64,000 nucleotides of DNA from Eledone cirrhosa (GCA_964016885.1 OZ024746.1:82770001-82834000), one strand, 5' to 3'. Counted from the stretch's first letter, positions 1 through 16,758 are shown. Translations and numbers: made by a program. The notes: generated from the sequence alone by a model not told the origin.

Positions 1-440
1 CAGCCAGTTGCTATAAAATAGCTTATAAAAAGACTCTTTAAAACAGAAAAATGCCAACATTTTCCTGTCTCTAAAGGCCTTTACTCGATTTTTATAAGCT
101 ATTTTATAGCAGCTGTTTCTAATTGCAGTTATATTCTGTGCTTCAGCATCCTACATCTTATAAATATATTTCCTCAGCGCTTCGTAAGTTCGAAAATTCA
201 AGCTTCACACTCGATGTATGAACATGTATATTCCTTTTCTCAGCTTTTTTGGTTTTCTTGCAGTTATTTTCTGTGCTTGAGCATCTTACATCTTCTTATA
301 AATACATTTTCATATATGCTTATTCCATTCATGAACAGTTACGAAGAAAGGGCGAAAGGAAAACTTTGTACAAAGATTCAGCAGATAACATTGACTCGCG
401 TGTGTGTGTTTGTGTATTTTGTTTCTCCTTGTGTGTGTGT

Positions 441-732
441 CGAGTGGTCGACAACTAAGCCGGGTCCCCATCAGACCCTTGTCTTGTGAGGAGGGTAAGT
501 GGAACTCCAGCAGCACAAAAAACAAAACAAGAGCTGTTAAAAGGACAGATGAACTCCTCAGAGTCAATGGCTACCCAACCCAACTATGGGTTAAATAGCA
601 ACACCAACCAGCAATTGGCCAAGCTTGGGGAGTACGGCTACAGCCCTGACATGACCAATGAGTGCAGTGGAGGTCCACTAGTGAGGGGTTCCCACAACAG
701 GAGTGAGAAGGCCCTAGATTGGATTGGATGTT
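441..732 (+). mobile_element. RTE-like non-autonomous element fragment within (TG)n
   Basis: gtgaggaggg and aaaggacagatgaactcctcagagtcaatggctaccca resemble aaagggcaaaggagctcttaagagtcaatggccatcca (39839) and the reverse complement of 34725-34740. Confidence 0.5.
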
Positions 733-1645
733 GTGTGTGTGCCCTTTCCAGCATTCGTTAATTCTCTCACTATTTACCTGCCGTCCCGGTCAGTACACAT
801 ACTCTCACTTCAACCCATATATTAATTTTCTCTCTATACATCTCTTACCCTCTCTACTTCCTCTCTCCAAGTTATTAAGCGTGACGAGAACAATCAATAT
901 TGGGCATATATTAGAGATAATTTAAGATCTTCCAGAGAAGATTTTCTTTTATTTTGCGGTATACAGTTGTGGGTTAGAACCATGCTGATGTCATTTACCG
1001 TACGGTTTCGATTTTGACTTTAAAGTTATCAATTTTCCTTGAAGAGAGAGAAGTGTAGAATCTCCGTACATTTTAGTCAAAATTTTCAGGAGATACAGTT
1101 AGTATGTAAAACATATTGCTCCTGCTATCGATTAATGAGTAGTGGGATTCAAGTAAGTTTCTCAGATCTCTGTTAAAAAAAACCCAAGCGCATTGATGGG
1201 TATAGTTTTAAATACGGACAGGTCAATAATTATTGCACAAAACTGTCAAATCTGTAATAAAATATATAGTTATGTTTTTCTCCAAAATACATTTATAAAA
1301 ACCTCCTGACAGCAGACCTCAATAACTACATTTATATTTTTCTCGTAGCTACATATGTAAAGCATTCTCTTGTCTGAACCTCAGTGTTTACTCCCCAGCT
1401 ACATTTCCAAGCGCCATTAAAAAGAAAACGTAAATCATATATACATTACACGTAAATTACTCATCATCATTGATGTCCTCCTCTGAGGTTTTCACTTTTA
1501 ACTTCTTGTTCCAGTAATGCACAATGTAACAATTTAAATAGAGTTTTATGTACAAGGCATATAAAGAACACTGCCAACAAATTGAAAGTCTTTAAAACTA
1601 GAAATCTCCAACAAATATAATTTCTCCGAAACTGTTGTTCAAAAT

Positions 1646-1832
1646 AATTGTTTCTACTTTTGGCACAAGGCCAGCAAATACCCAGTACATTACTGGTACT
1701 TTATTTTATCGACTCCGTAAGGATGAAAGGCAAAGTTAACCTCAAGGGGATTTGAACTCAGACCGTAAAGGGATGTAACTATGCTAGAAAGCATGGCGTC
1801 CAACCCTCTACCGATACTGCCAATTCACCGCC
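1646..1832 (-). mobile_element. tRNA-derived SINE (most abundant family). Other copies: ~2004-2143, 3950-4130(+), 13455-13590(+), 25335-25555, 30150-30320, 31010-31150, 32205-32285, 43724-43816
   Basis: Recurrent body tgtttctacttttggcacaaggcc...actggtactttattttatcgac...aaggatgaaaggcaaagt...gggatttgaactcaga; the minus strand contains a B-box (gagttcaaatcc). Confidence 0.85.
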
Positions 1833-2961
1833 TGTTGTTCAAAATAATGTTATATACAATATAACAACTGGAAGTAGTCTTTGGTTGTGTATCTCTCAGA
1901 ATCTCATAATCAACACCACTGAACTATAAAAATTCAAATTGATTATTAAGATATTTACTCCACTCTCTGTCTCTATTGGGTGTGTCTGGAAAAACTATGA
2001 ATAATGGTTTCTAATTTAGGCACAAGGCTAGCAATTTAGGGAGATGAAGAAATCGATTAAATCGACAGCAGTACCTGACTGACACTTTATTATTTTATCG
2101 GCTCCGGAATGATGAAAGACAAACTAGATCCCGACAGGATTTGATCGCGTGCAACTGTAGCACACTTGAGTAGTAGTAAGAATTCGTCTTCCGGTTTAAT
2201 ATCAGCATCTAGCCTTTATGTACGTTTAGAGGGCTCCAGTCCATTGCATGCATTCGGGCCAGATCTCCGACATGAGAAAGGACATCTTCCCTCTCACACA
2301 TCAGTCTAGAAGGCTATTGAAAAGGGCCAGGTGAACTGTCCTTCATATTAACTAAGCAAAACAAAAAGAAAACAGTCCCTCTGAAAATCAATTTGAATGC
2401 TTTCTTATGCGTTCTTTTGTATGTCCTTTTGCTCTGATCCCGCCTTTTAGTAACATTAAATGGAGATCAAGATTTGATCACGAAATACTTTTTTCTGATT
2501 ATTCTAATTAAAATAATTTTTTTAAAAATCTGGATTTTCAAAGTGATTGTGGAAAGACAGGCTATAAAAGTGTTAGAATGGTAATGGATGGAGAGATAGT
2601 AGAAATATCTTAAGGAACAGTAAAAGAAGGATCTATAAATAAAATAAAACAAAAGGAAATAAATAAACTACGTGGTGATTATGATGGTGGTGGTGCTGGT
2701 GGTGATCGTGATGGTGATGATATTGATTATAGTGGTGATGGTGGTGGTGATGGCAGTCATGGTGGTTGTAGTAATGGTAGTGATGGTGGTATTGGGGTGG
2801 GGATGTTGATGGTGATGATGGTGGAGGTAAGGGTGTGACGGGTTACTGGAACAAACAACCATTAAAACAAATTAAGGGATTTCTTCTTCTTCTTCTTCTT
2901 CTTCTTCTTCTTCTTCTTCTTCTTCTTCTTCTTCTTCTTCTTCTTCTTCTTCTCTCTGTAT

Positions 2962-2994
<33 letters not shown>

Positions 2995-4173
2995 CATATA
3001 TGACATCGTTGAACATTATCGAGCGAGAAATTCAATGGCACATCATGTTTACACAGATTAAATAGCAGGGAAGGTGGGGGAAGGGGATGGGGGGGGGGGG
3101 GACGAAGAGAACGGAGTTGTCAAAATTATATGAAGTAAAAAAAGGGGGATCTAGCAGAGTCACTTATTTAAGAGAGAAAAAAAAAGGGATCTACGAAGAA
3201 TGCCATTTTGTTTGATTTCTTTGTATTTTTATTCCATCTAGGCTGTGTATTTCGTGACTATATTTTTCATTTATTTACTGTGTTACTCTTCAACTCGTTT
3301 CAGCCATCAGACTTCAGCAATATCGTGGCACCGCCTTGAAGGGATTTAGGCAATTACATCGAGCCCAGTTTTCAATTTTTTTAAAGTCTGATACTTATCT
3401 TATCGATGTGTTTTTGTTGTTGTCGAACCGTTAACTTAATCATGGACACAGAAACAGGCACACACGTACATATAGACAGAGGCACATACACATACATATA
3501 GACGCAGACAGAGACACACACACATACATATAGACGCAGACAGAGACACACACGCACACATATTGTATTTTCCTTTATTTTTTTAATTTAGTTTATTGTT
3601 TATTTAATTTTTTTTTACTATTTTAGTCAGGAAGTGTAAAAACAAGTGCTTACGACCCTTCTCAGGGCTTTTGAGATTGGTGGGACGGAGGGAGATAGTT
3701 ATCCTAGTAACAGAAACATGACCCAAATGCTTACACCAGAGTGTACACCGCTCGAGGCATCTGATGGCCAAGTGAGTGGTGTTAAACCGGGTGACGTATT
3801 AAGCCCACAATATTTTAGCTGCGCGTGTCTAACAATCTTGGGAAAGGCATCTACTTCACAGTCTCACAGCTACAACAACAGCTACAACAACAGCTACAAC
3901 AACAGCTACAACAACAGCAATAGCAGGGAAACACCAGATAACGTTTAATCTTTGCAGTCTGAGTTTAAATCCTGCTGAGATTAAGATTTCCATTTTTTCT
4001 CTCTCTCTCTCACTCTCTCTTTCTTTGTATCTATGTCTCTCCCTCTTTTTGTCACACCCTCTCTTTCTTTGGGGAGTGGACGGGGAATCTATAAAATAAA
4101 GTACCAGTCATATACTGGGGTTTTGTCGATTCAATCAGTTATAACTCATTCCCCGACAATCGTTGTCGTCGAT

Positions 4174-4223
<50 letters not shown>

Positions 4224-4859
4224 CATCATCATCATCATTCTCATCATCATCATCATCATCACACTCATCAGCACCATCACTAACACTATAATTATTTCTA
4301 CGTCCTGCACATACAGCTCACATATTCGCTCCTCACATCACCCCCCCCCCCACCCTGACCACCTTTCACAGTCTTCTATTTTTCTTCTTCATCTATGTTA
4401 CCCCCTCCCCTTCCCCAACTATCCCTACAATCCCCGCACCCTCCCCCCGTCCCTCGTCCCCCGTCCCGCCGTCGCTGTACATTTTAAAGCCAGCCAGCCA
4501 CACTTAAAGAAAGCATTATTGACTCCTTAAAGAGTAGACCGCTGACGAGAGAAGTTGGGTGCGGTGATTGGTGGTGGGGAGGGAGACAACGAAACATTGT
4601 TCATCGTCTGGAGAGCAATTATGTGAAATTACGAGGCCCTATTAGCAACAAAGACGATGAACTGGCACGTGTATCGTGCCGGCCCCTTAAAGGTTTCAGC
4701 ACCATGCCTGACGGCAGAAGAGAACGGCGTTGGGTTCAGGATTAAGCGTGTTCTGCTATTCTTAAATCTATTAATCTCTTCGCCAATTGATTTTTGTCAT
4801 TAATGCTAATATTACATCTGGCCTCTTCGAGAATTTTACTAGCTTTAAATGACTATGAG

Positions 4860-7500
<2,641 letters not shown>

Positions 7501-7699
7501 TTGACAAGATGTTCACCATGGTGTCTATATTTTTTTTAGATATAAAATATCAAAGAACTAAATGGGGAGAATTATATTTTAGTCAACATATTTCAATTAA
7601 ATTGTATAATGTTCGCAATAGAAACGAGAAAATATAATTAAATAATTAATGTAGTAGGAAGGGGGAACCGCAGACTCTAAACTCCAGTCTAGGCGTTAT

Positions 7700-8400
7700 A
7701 TCTTAGCTGCGCCTCGCGAACATAATGACAAACTTTATTTCTGCGGAGAATAGCCAACGAGATCCGCTGTATCAGCCACTCCACCACACAGGGCTCCTTC
7801 CTCAGGTGGGATGCGCTCTTCCCAATTTGGCGAGGAAAACAGCTATTTGGGGACCGAAAGCACAAGAGATCTCGATGGCGACCGACACAAATATGAAGCG
7901 ATCGTTCAAGTCCCTGTATTTGGATAACATCCTCACCTCAGCGTTAAGGGTGGCAATACCCGGTTCTGTGGCCAAAGCTCAAGGTTGGAAATGGAGAACG
8001 TGTCACTGCACGTGGCGTTTCAGATTAGTGATTGAACTCCCTCGAACGAGGTTTGGATGCTTACTATAATCACAGTCGAGATCAGCAAACTCCAGTTGTG
8101 ATGGGAAACTGGTCACGTGAAGGCTCCTTCTAATGACGCCGTTTAAGGCAACGATTCAAGAAAACTGATCTCCACAGTGGCATTTGTGTGGCTCACTCAC
8201 GCGCAGGCCAAGGTTCAAAGCTACTCCAATGAGGGTAGGCATCAGATTGAGCCCCGCAACACTGTTTAGCTGAATGGCGGCAGGCGAGGCGGTGTTGGTC
8301 AATGGAAGACTCCATTAACATGAAAGTTGACCTGAATTTGATGTTGTCCCAGTTGCATTAATACCCTGAATGTTGGGAGACAGTGAGGCCATCGTCAATC
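7700..8400 (-). pseudogene. Decayed CRE-clade non-LTR retrotransposon: zinc knuckle and restriction-like endonuclease C-terminus
   Basis: Frameshifted minus-strand translation GLRVSEPHKCHCG...ALNGVIRRSL...ATCSDT...AEVRMLSKY...FIFVSVAIEISCAFGP...EWLIQRISLAILRRN matches the CRE/RLE pattern (EPHxCxCG, LNDIIRRAL, DATCxDT, KY, FVPxxVETxGxxGP, QRISLAIQRGN). Confidence 0.8.
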
Positions 8401-9718
8401 TAAATAGTCAGTTGTGGTAGTGGTGGTGGTCGTAGTTGAGATATTGGCAGTTGTAGTAGTGGTGGTAGTGAAGGTTCTGAGTGGAGGCTATGATAGTAAT
8501 AGTATTAATAGTAGTGATGGAAGTTGTGGCAGTGGTGGTGTTAGTGGTGGCAGTAGTGGTAGTGTTGCTGGAGTTGGAGGTGGTGGCAGTAATTATAGTG
8601 GTGGTGATGGTGGTGTTAGTGGTGGTAGCGGTTGAGGTAATGACGGTAATGGTGATGGTTGTTGTGGTAGTTGTGGTAGTGTTGGAGGATGTTAGTAGTG
8701 GTATTAGAAACAGTAATAGTGGTGGTGGTGGTGGTGCTAGTGGTGATATTAGTGCTGGTGGTGGTGATGGTATTGGTGGGGATGACGGTATTCGAAGACG
8801 TGTTGGTTGACAGAAGTTGTAGAAGTGTGTATTTTCAATCTCTTTAATAATGCATGAATGGAATCCTTTTCAATGTCCATTTACGGAACTCCCCGATCAC
8901 TCCTCGACCACCCCCTCGCTTTTTAATCTCGCCTTTCTTTTCGTTGTTACTATCGTTATCCTCGTTACTATTACTAGCACCACTGCTACAACCACTACTG
9001 CCTCCACCACCACCACCACCACCACCACCACCACCACCACCACCACCACCACCACCACCACCACCACCACCACCATCATCACCTCTGACACCGCAACAGC
9101 GACCATCATCACCACCACCATTACCATTACAACCACTACCACAAACACTGGGAGGAGTGCATCCCACCCAAGGAAGGAACCCTGTGGCACTCATCTCGTC
9201 CTCAAGTACCTAGTCCCATAATAAGTTTATTCTGCCAGCAAAAGCAGTTAATATGCTGAGGATGAAACATGTCCCGGAGCCTGACGAGAACCAGTGTACC
9301 CGTCCGTCCCTAATGACACCGCTGTCGGACATCAAGGTATTCTCTCTACCCGGATACCTCGGTTTGAGATATTTCTTTAAATCCTGGCTAACGGTACATT
9401 AGGCATTGCAATAATGTTTCTTCAAACCATTTTACTCTATTTTCAAAGGGACATTAAATAACGCTATGTCAACTACTGAAACATCCTTCCTTAAATACTG
9501 GGTAATAGTTCGTCCGACTTTGAAATAACGATTCTTAACACACTTGAATTAAAAACCCAGCAGGCAATTTATTTTATGAACTAGTGTAAAAAGTGCAAAG
9601 GAATAGTAAGTACCACTCTTTGACTAACTTTACCATACCAGCCTTTGTTGTGGTCTCCAATAGAATCTACAGCGTTTACGTTTCAACTGTTTGCCCCACT
9701 GTTCTTTTGTGTCGTCCT

Positions 9719-9840
<122 letters not shown>

Positions 9841-10251
9841 GTCAAAACAACAGATGGGAATCTAATTACTCACTGCCACCAAGAATTCTCACTGCTATCG
9901 AAAAACCACTCCTTCAACTATTCTTCTAACAACTTCACCCCTTCCTCCTAATATTCTCTATAAAAACTAAATAGGTCCTCAGTAATATTATTCTGATGAA
10001 ATGACAGTAAATAATAACATTGAAATATTGAATGTCTGCATAACTAAAAGTTTGTAGATAGCTGTTTTAGGTTATGTAACTGTTATAGAAACACGTGTCA
10101 ATAAATTCCTTTCAACTAAACTGTATCCATTCAAATCTTTCTATTTTTCTCCGGATTACTTTTGGAACTACAACTGGAACCGTCGAGCAAACTCTACGTG
10201 AGCTGATAATCTACTGTGTGTAATATTTATATTACAACACAACGGAAAATA

Positions 10252-10348
<97 letters not shown>

Positions 10349-10719
10349 GAAAAATATGGGTGAGACGAATACTGCTGGTTGCACATGGATAACATGTTAT
10401 AAAATGAGTCCCTCATCAGTGATTTACCAAACGATCATGGGTATTTCATCGCATTAAAAATCACGTTGGAGCGATAATAACTAAAATAAGTTATTAGGAC
10501 AATAGAAACGCGTAAAGCGAGTGAGACAAGTAAACAACACAGGGGGAAGCTAACCGAAGATGGATATATATATATATATATATATATATGTAGAAGTTAT
10601 ATTTAAATTGTTGGGATACAACAAGCAAATATTTTTATAACTGATATAAAGCACTCAACAAATATTTGGAGTAAAAATACGATATTAACAAATGGAAACT
10701 ATATTTATAAAACCATATT

Positions 10720-10784
10720 TATTTCATTATACATATTTCAAGGACACCAAGTTAAATTATGGTGTGCTTTCATCAGATAAAATA
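10720..10784 (-). ncRNA. Second, identical hammerhead ribozyme on the minus strand (left arm of the palindrome)
   Basis: Exact reverse complement of 10885-10949. Confidence 0.78.
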
Positions 10785-10884
10785 TAATATAGATCAGTTT
10801 TATAAATATCCGGGAGCTTCCAACAGTAATGGTTGCATTTTTTAAGGGTATGTCAATATTTATTTATAAAACTGATCTATATTA

Positions 10885-10949
10885 TATTTTATCTGATGAA
10901 AGCACACCATAATTTAACTTGGTGTCCTTGAAATATGTATAATGAAATA
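10885..10949 (+). ncRNA. Type-I hammerhead ribozyme (Penelope-like minimal form)
   Basis: Stem I tattttat(10885-92)/atgaaata(10942-49). Core CTGATGA at 10893-99. Stem II aagcacacc/ggtgtcctt (1 mismatch). GAAA at 10930-33. Short stem III (tatgta). Predicted cleavage triplet ATA at 10939-41. Confidence 0.8.
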
Positions 10950-11202
10950 AATATGGTTTTATAAATATAGTTTCCATTTGTTAATATCGTATATATATAT
11001 ATATATGTATATGTATATATATGTATATATATATATATGTGTGCGTGTGTATGTATGTGTATATATATATATATATATATTAGGATTAAACCAGTATTAA
11101 ACTACTAGCTAGATCATTATTCAACAGAGTACTCGATACTTGGGATCTAGAACGAACTGTCGAAACGGCAAGAGCTCAGCTGTCGGGCCCCGACATTTTC
11201 TA

Positions 11203-11248
<46 letters not shown>

Positions 11249-11583
11249 GCGCCCACTACAGCAACATATATTAATTGATTACATCTCGAAATATTTATTG
11301 AGGCTCTAGGTTTCGCTTAGAAACATTGACTTATATCTGACTTATTGGGAGCTTAACATTTATTTATAATCATTAAACATACTCATATAAACAGGTACAT
11401 TGTGATGCATATAAACACACATGATAAATATTAGGTTCAATATATTTTAATTCACTATGTCTACTGTCTTACTCTTCCATGGCCTTGTGTCTATCTTACA
11501 AATCCATAAAACTAAGTTTTTGTAAAGTAATGGCGTCCTAATTAGAAAGATTTACATCTCTTTCACTTTACTATATGTAATAT

Positions 11584-11770
11584 TAATTGTTTCTACTTTT
11601 GGCACAAGGCCATCAATTACCCAGTGCATTACTGGTACTTTATTTTATCGACCCCGTAAGGATGAAAGGCAAAGTTAACCTCGGTGGGATTCGAACTCAG
11701 ACCGCAAAGGGACGTAACTATGCTGGAAAGCATGGCGTCCGACCCTCTACCGATACTGCCAATCCACTTG
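11584..11770 (-). mobile_element. tRNA-derived SINE, near full-length
   Basis: Closely similar to 1646-1832 throughout; B-box gagttcgaatcc on the minus strand. Confidence 0.85.
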
Positions 11771-12009
11771 CTAGCTTTTGTTGCTGCTGTTTAACAGCAG
11801 GTCAAACCTGACCGTATTCTAGCCGTGATTATGCCTTGTAATTTATCGGCTGCCTATTATTACATTAAGTATTTTGTCCTTTATGTTTTTTAAAGAAAAT
11901 ATTGTGTGATTTGAAGGAGAATTGCTTCATAATTTTCGCAGATCGAACGACCACATACAGACTTTTTTGTGTTTAATGGGACTAGGGTATTGCTACGGTA
12001 CTAAAGACA

Positions 12010-12168
12010 CAGCATTGTAGCTTAGGGAATTGGGATCGAGGGGTGCAGTACACCCCGGGTGACACGTATGGGAGCAGTACTTTTGGAACTATTGTACATA
12101 TATGAGTACCTGGGGATCGAGGAGTAACTCAAGAGCTGCCCCGGTGGCACACACTACACACGCCACTG
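12010..12168. mobile_element. Possible degenerate hAT-like MITE
   Basis: Imperfect termini cagcattgtag / ctacacgccactg around a GC-rich core. Confidence 0.35.
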
Positions 12169-13844
12169 TAAGGGCAAACTATGTAGGATCGGGGATTAAA
12201 ATGATGGTCATTGTAAACTTTTACTTGCCCATTATCCATGAGTAACATCACAGCTTCATCGCTCTTTTCCGGACTCTTGAAAAAAGATTCGACCTGTTAG
12301 ATTCTCCCCCCACCCCACCTCATGACAATTGTACTTATTGAACTCTCATAGAAAAATTTCTCTTGACTAATTGTTATCGATGCAGACCATCACCAATTTC
12401 TTCTCCACTCCCACATTTGATCACTGCTACAAATGTTTTCAACTCATCTAATTCATGCACACACATATACACAAGCATAGATCAACAAGCGCATATATAT
12501 ACGCACTCACAGACAGGCACACAAACACTCACACACACACAGACAGATACATACACATATACAATTAAATATAACAGATGCACATGCAGACACACTCTCA
12601 TACACTGACACTCAAGTACATACACATTTGTAAATACATATAGCCACAGATAAAGTCACTTATACGTACACATACAGATATACACACAAATCTACGTATG
12701 TGCATGCACACACACACACACACACACACGCGCGCGCGTACACACACATACACGTACACACACATGCACACTTGTCTATGATTCACTTGTGAGATTCGTG
12801 TATAGTTACTAACGACAAATAAATACCCGAAACTATTTGCAAAGCGAGACTAACGCCAATAAATCTCATATTAACGGCGCATGTCGTCAGATAATTTACT
12901 AATTTAGTTAACTAATGACACTTAATATGGAAGAGAACGATTTCGAAAGAGATTCAATGTAAATAATTAATAATATGCAGCGACAACATTCTATCTTAGA
13001 AAGTCGCGCGCCAATGAAATGTAATCAAAGTTACTAACAAAAACCAACAAGATGGAATAACTGCAATGATTTAGCAGTTATAAATTTTAGTTTAATTTCA
13101 ATAGCTATTTAAAATCTGAATAATTATCTAGGTGATTAATACGATCTGCCCTGACAAGCTAATTACATGTGTTGTAATATTATCTGCTCCACTTAACATA
13201 GTGGACACCATTAAATCTCTATCGCTTCTTGTTATTTGACAATTTCAGCTTCCTTTGTTTATTAAATGTGAATTAATAATTTGTAATTGCGTCATATTCT
13301 GACGATGTTTCTCTCGCTCTTAACTGTTATTTAATTCTGCCTTTTCATTTTGCTGGCCGATTCTGAAGATTTGTTATTAAGAGTCTATAGAAATAAGATA
13401 ATAATGGAGATTTCTTTTGTCATAACACGAGACTGAATTACGCAAGAGAACGTCTGTGAGCTGGCAAAGTTGTTACAACGTCAGATAGAATGCTTTGTGC
13501 TATTCGTTACGAGTCTCTATGTCCTGAGTTGATATACAACTGGGGTCATATTTACCTTTCATTCTTTAGAAGTCGATAAATAAACTAGTAAATTCTTCTT
13601 CTACTCTTTCTCCCTTCTAACTCTGGAAGAAATCGGCTGTGGTTGGAATAGGTTCCATCAGGTCTAAACTTCCCAAGACACTATATCTCACGATAGAACC
13701 TCTATTACTCTATCAGACGTTGAAATTCCAAGGAAGGAAGGGGTACAGGAGGGAATTTCTACGAGGTTGTTTGATTTACTAGAAACAGTAGCCAAATTTT
13801 CCTCAGATTAACTCCTATCGTCTTAAGAAATGGAAGACATATCT

Positions 13845-14200
13845 AATAATTGTTTCTACTTTTGGCACAAGGCNNNNNNNNNNNNNNNNNNNNNNNNNNN
13901 NNNNNNNNNNNNNNNNNNNNNNNNNNNNNNNNNNNNNNNNNNNNNNNNNNNNNNNNNNNNNNNNNNNNNNNNNNNNNNNNNNNNNNNNNNNNNNNNNNNN
14001 NNNNNNNNNNNNNNNNNNNNNNNNNNNNNNNNNNNNNNNNNNNNNNNNNNNNNNNNNNNNNNNNNNNNNNNNNCCAATGCATTACTGGTACTTTATTTTA
14101 TCGACGCCGTAAAGACGAAAGACAAAGTTAACGCCGGCGGGTTTTGAACTCAGAACATAAAGGGCCATAACTCTATGCTTCAAAGCATGGTGTCTGACGC
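13845..14200 (-). mobile_element. SINE copy interrupted by the assembly gap
   Basis: tgtttctacttttggcacaaggc [N200] ccaatgcattactggtacttt is collinear with the 11584 copy. Confidence 0.8.
13874..14073. other. Assembly gap (200 N)
   Basis: Run of exactly 200 n. Confidence 1.
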
Positions 14201-15084
14201 ATATCTAATAATGACATCCGAGATACATTATGTCTTCATACAAAAAGGAAAACGTGATGTTCATGACTGAATTGATTTGCTGAACCAGATCTGAGTTAGG
14301 CAACAAAGCAGTAGCAGCAGATTTTGATTTACTTCTAGCAAACCTGGCCTCTGGCTAAACAACAATAACAACAGTAACAACAGCAGCAGCAATTATTGAT
14401 TTCTAAAGCTCCAGAAAAAAACTTAAGGCCAGGTGTAGCAGTAAGATTTAACCGACCCCAATTCTTCACTGGTATTTTTTTTTTTTCATAAACACTTCGC
14501 AGCAACGACTAGGTTATGTCGATGTCATTGAGAATTGAACCCAGTACTTAAAAACACAGTAAACCAAACATCACCACAAATGCAATATAGTCTGTTTCTC
14601 GTAATACATTGTCCGTACATGATAAGAAAATTTATTGAAAACTAATTACCAAGGAAATTTCAGATGTCATAAAGCTGGCTACTATAAACGTCATTGAGGT
14701 TATTTTCATATAAAGTATGGCTATCAGAGAACTTTAGCCAAAAGTTCATCATACGACTCTATAGCTAATGGAGTGACCAGGCGCCGAATCAGGACACTGG
14801 AAGAAGGGTGGGGATGAAGAAAAAATTGATCCATAGTTCTTGGGTAAAAGTGTGTCGATAAAGAAAAAGAAAAATGAAAAAAAATATCTGTTATATTTAG
14901 TGTGACAAATGGTTTTCTTTCTCAAGTTATTGTTCTATGTTATTACATCTTTGTTGTTGTTTTTGTCGTTTGTTGTTTTCTTTATACTGTTAATAATGGT
15001 CGTCACTTGCTTTCTTGTTCATATTTCATAAGTATTTCGTTTTCTTTTTCTTTTTTTCCATATTTTTATTGCTGCTGCTGCTGC

Positions 15085-15135
<51 letters not shown>

Positions 15136-15896
15136 CTTGCCAAAGCAGGACCACTTATTTTGCCGCCCCACCAAGTTACTGCTGACCAACGCTACAGAAC
15201 ACGTCCATTCTGTGTATTTCACTTGCTTCTCACGTTTATCACAATGAAATTAACTGTCTTTAGCTGAGACTTCTTGACCAAACTAACTGCCGTCAACCAA
15301 CTACTGTGTCAAATGTCCTCGCTGAGACGGAGATTCGCCTGGTCACAGGAATTAGATTTTAGATTGGAAGAGAATTAAGTAGCTAGAGAGGGAGATAGAT
15401 AGATAGATATATAGAAAGATAGATAGATAGATAGATAGAGAGAGGGAGAAATAGAGAGACAGAGAGAGAGAGAGAGTTAGAGAAGGAGAGAGATGAGAAA
15501 GAAAGAGAGAAAGGAGAGAGAAAAAGGTGAGAGAGAGAGAGAGGGGAAAGAGATAGGGAGAGAGAGACGGTGAGGAAGGGATAGAAAGAGAGGGATAGGG
15601 TGAGAAAGAGAGAGAGAGAATGGAGTAGCGAGAGAGAGAGAGAGAGAGGGGGAGAGAGAGAGAGGGAGAGAGAGAGAGAGGGGGAGAGAGAGAGAGACTG
15701 AGAGAGAGAGAGAGAGGTGGGGGGGGGGGGGGGGGGCAGGGCACAGGACTGAATGACACATTATAATGGACACATACATATATTGATATATGTGGTATAC
15801 ACACATCCTCACACATCCAGACACACACATGCATATACACAGACACACACACATACATAAACACGCAAACACACAGAGAATCACACTCACACACAC

Positions 15897-15936
<40 letters not shown>

Positions 15937-15962
15937 GTATATATATATATATATATGTATAC

Positions 15963-15995
<33 letters not shown>

Positions 15996-16075
15996 TAACG
16001 AAGGAAATGTGGTAAGGAACCAGGTGGACCATAACGCACCAAAGTACTCAATACTTGGGGTAGTAGAGTGGGGTA

Positions 16076-16116
16076 ATAGGAACCAGTAAGACCCCAGGGG
16101 TCTTACTGGTTCCTAT
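16076..16116. repeat. Perfect 20-bp hairpin with a 1-nt loop ending in (TA)n
   Basis: ataggaaccagtaagacccc-a-ggggtcttactggttcctat. Confidence 0.9.
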
Positions 16117-16146
16117 ATATATATATATATATATACATATACATAC

Positions 16147-16218
<72 letters not shown>

Positions 16219-16644
16219 CCCCATTCTGTCTCTAACACTCATTTGATAACTTCTCCCTTACATACAGACAGACATAAATACATATACACCGTCACAAACA
16301 TCTACATATATGCCAACATGCACCCCCCCCACACACACATACACACACATTTACACTCATACACGTGTGTGTGTGTGTGTGTGCACAAAAAAAAGACCAA
16401 AATAACTCTAGAAAGGTTGTGTAGGTCTTCAAATACTACTCCAACATAACTGAAGGGAAAGATAAGTACAATTGTACAGTGACGTTTGCAACACGCGGCA
16501 TCCTCGTTTCTCTAGTTTACATATATTTCTTAAACACAATTTTTGAAAAGTCATCAGGTATAGAAAAAAACGTTTGCGATAAGAGTGATTAATCAAATCC
16601 CACCTCCCACACTGATTGGTTGAGAGATGGAGAGAGAGAGAGAG

Positions 16645-16758
<114 letters not shown>

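Larger units (their letters stand above)
10677..10992. mobile_element. Palindromic Penelope-like-element terminal (pLTR) remnant next to (TA)n
   Basis: 132-bp perfect inverted arms (10677-10808 / 10861-10992) with a 52-nt spacer. Each arm carries a hammerhead. The right end runs into (TA)n. Confidence 0.7.

Noticed and set aside
5-115. 27-bp inverted repeat plus a ~50-bp direct duplication (123-172 / 258-311)
   Set aside because: Real, but cut off by the window edge and cannot be assigned to a family.
4542-4605. CTGACGA...GAAAC hammerhead-like motif
   Set aside because: Stem II is offset by 5 unpaired nt and no stem I can be formed.
9262-9295. GAAACATGTC...CTGACGA type-II hammerhead-like motif
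   Set aside because: Neither stem I nor stem II pairs convincingly.
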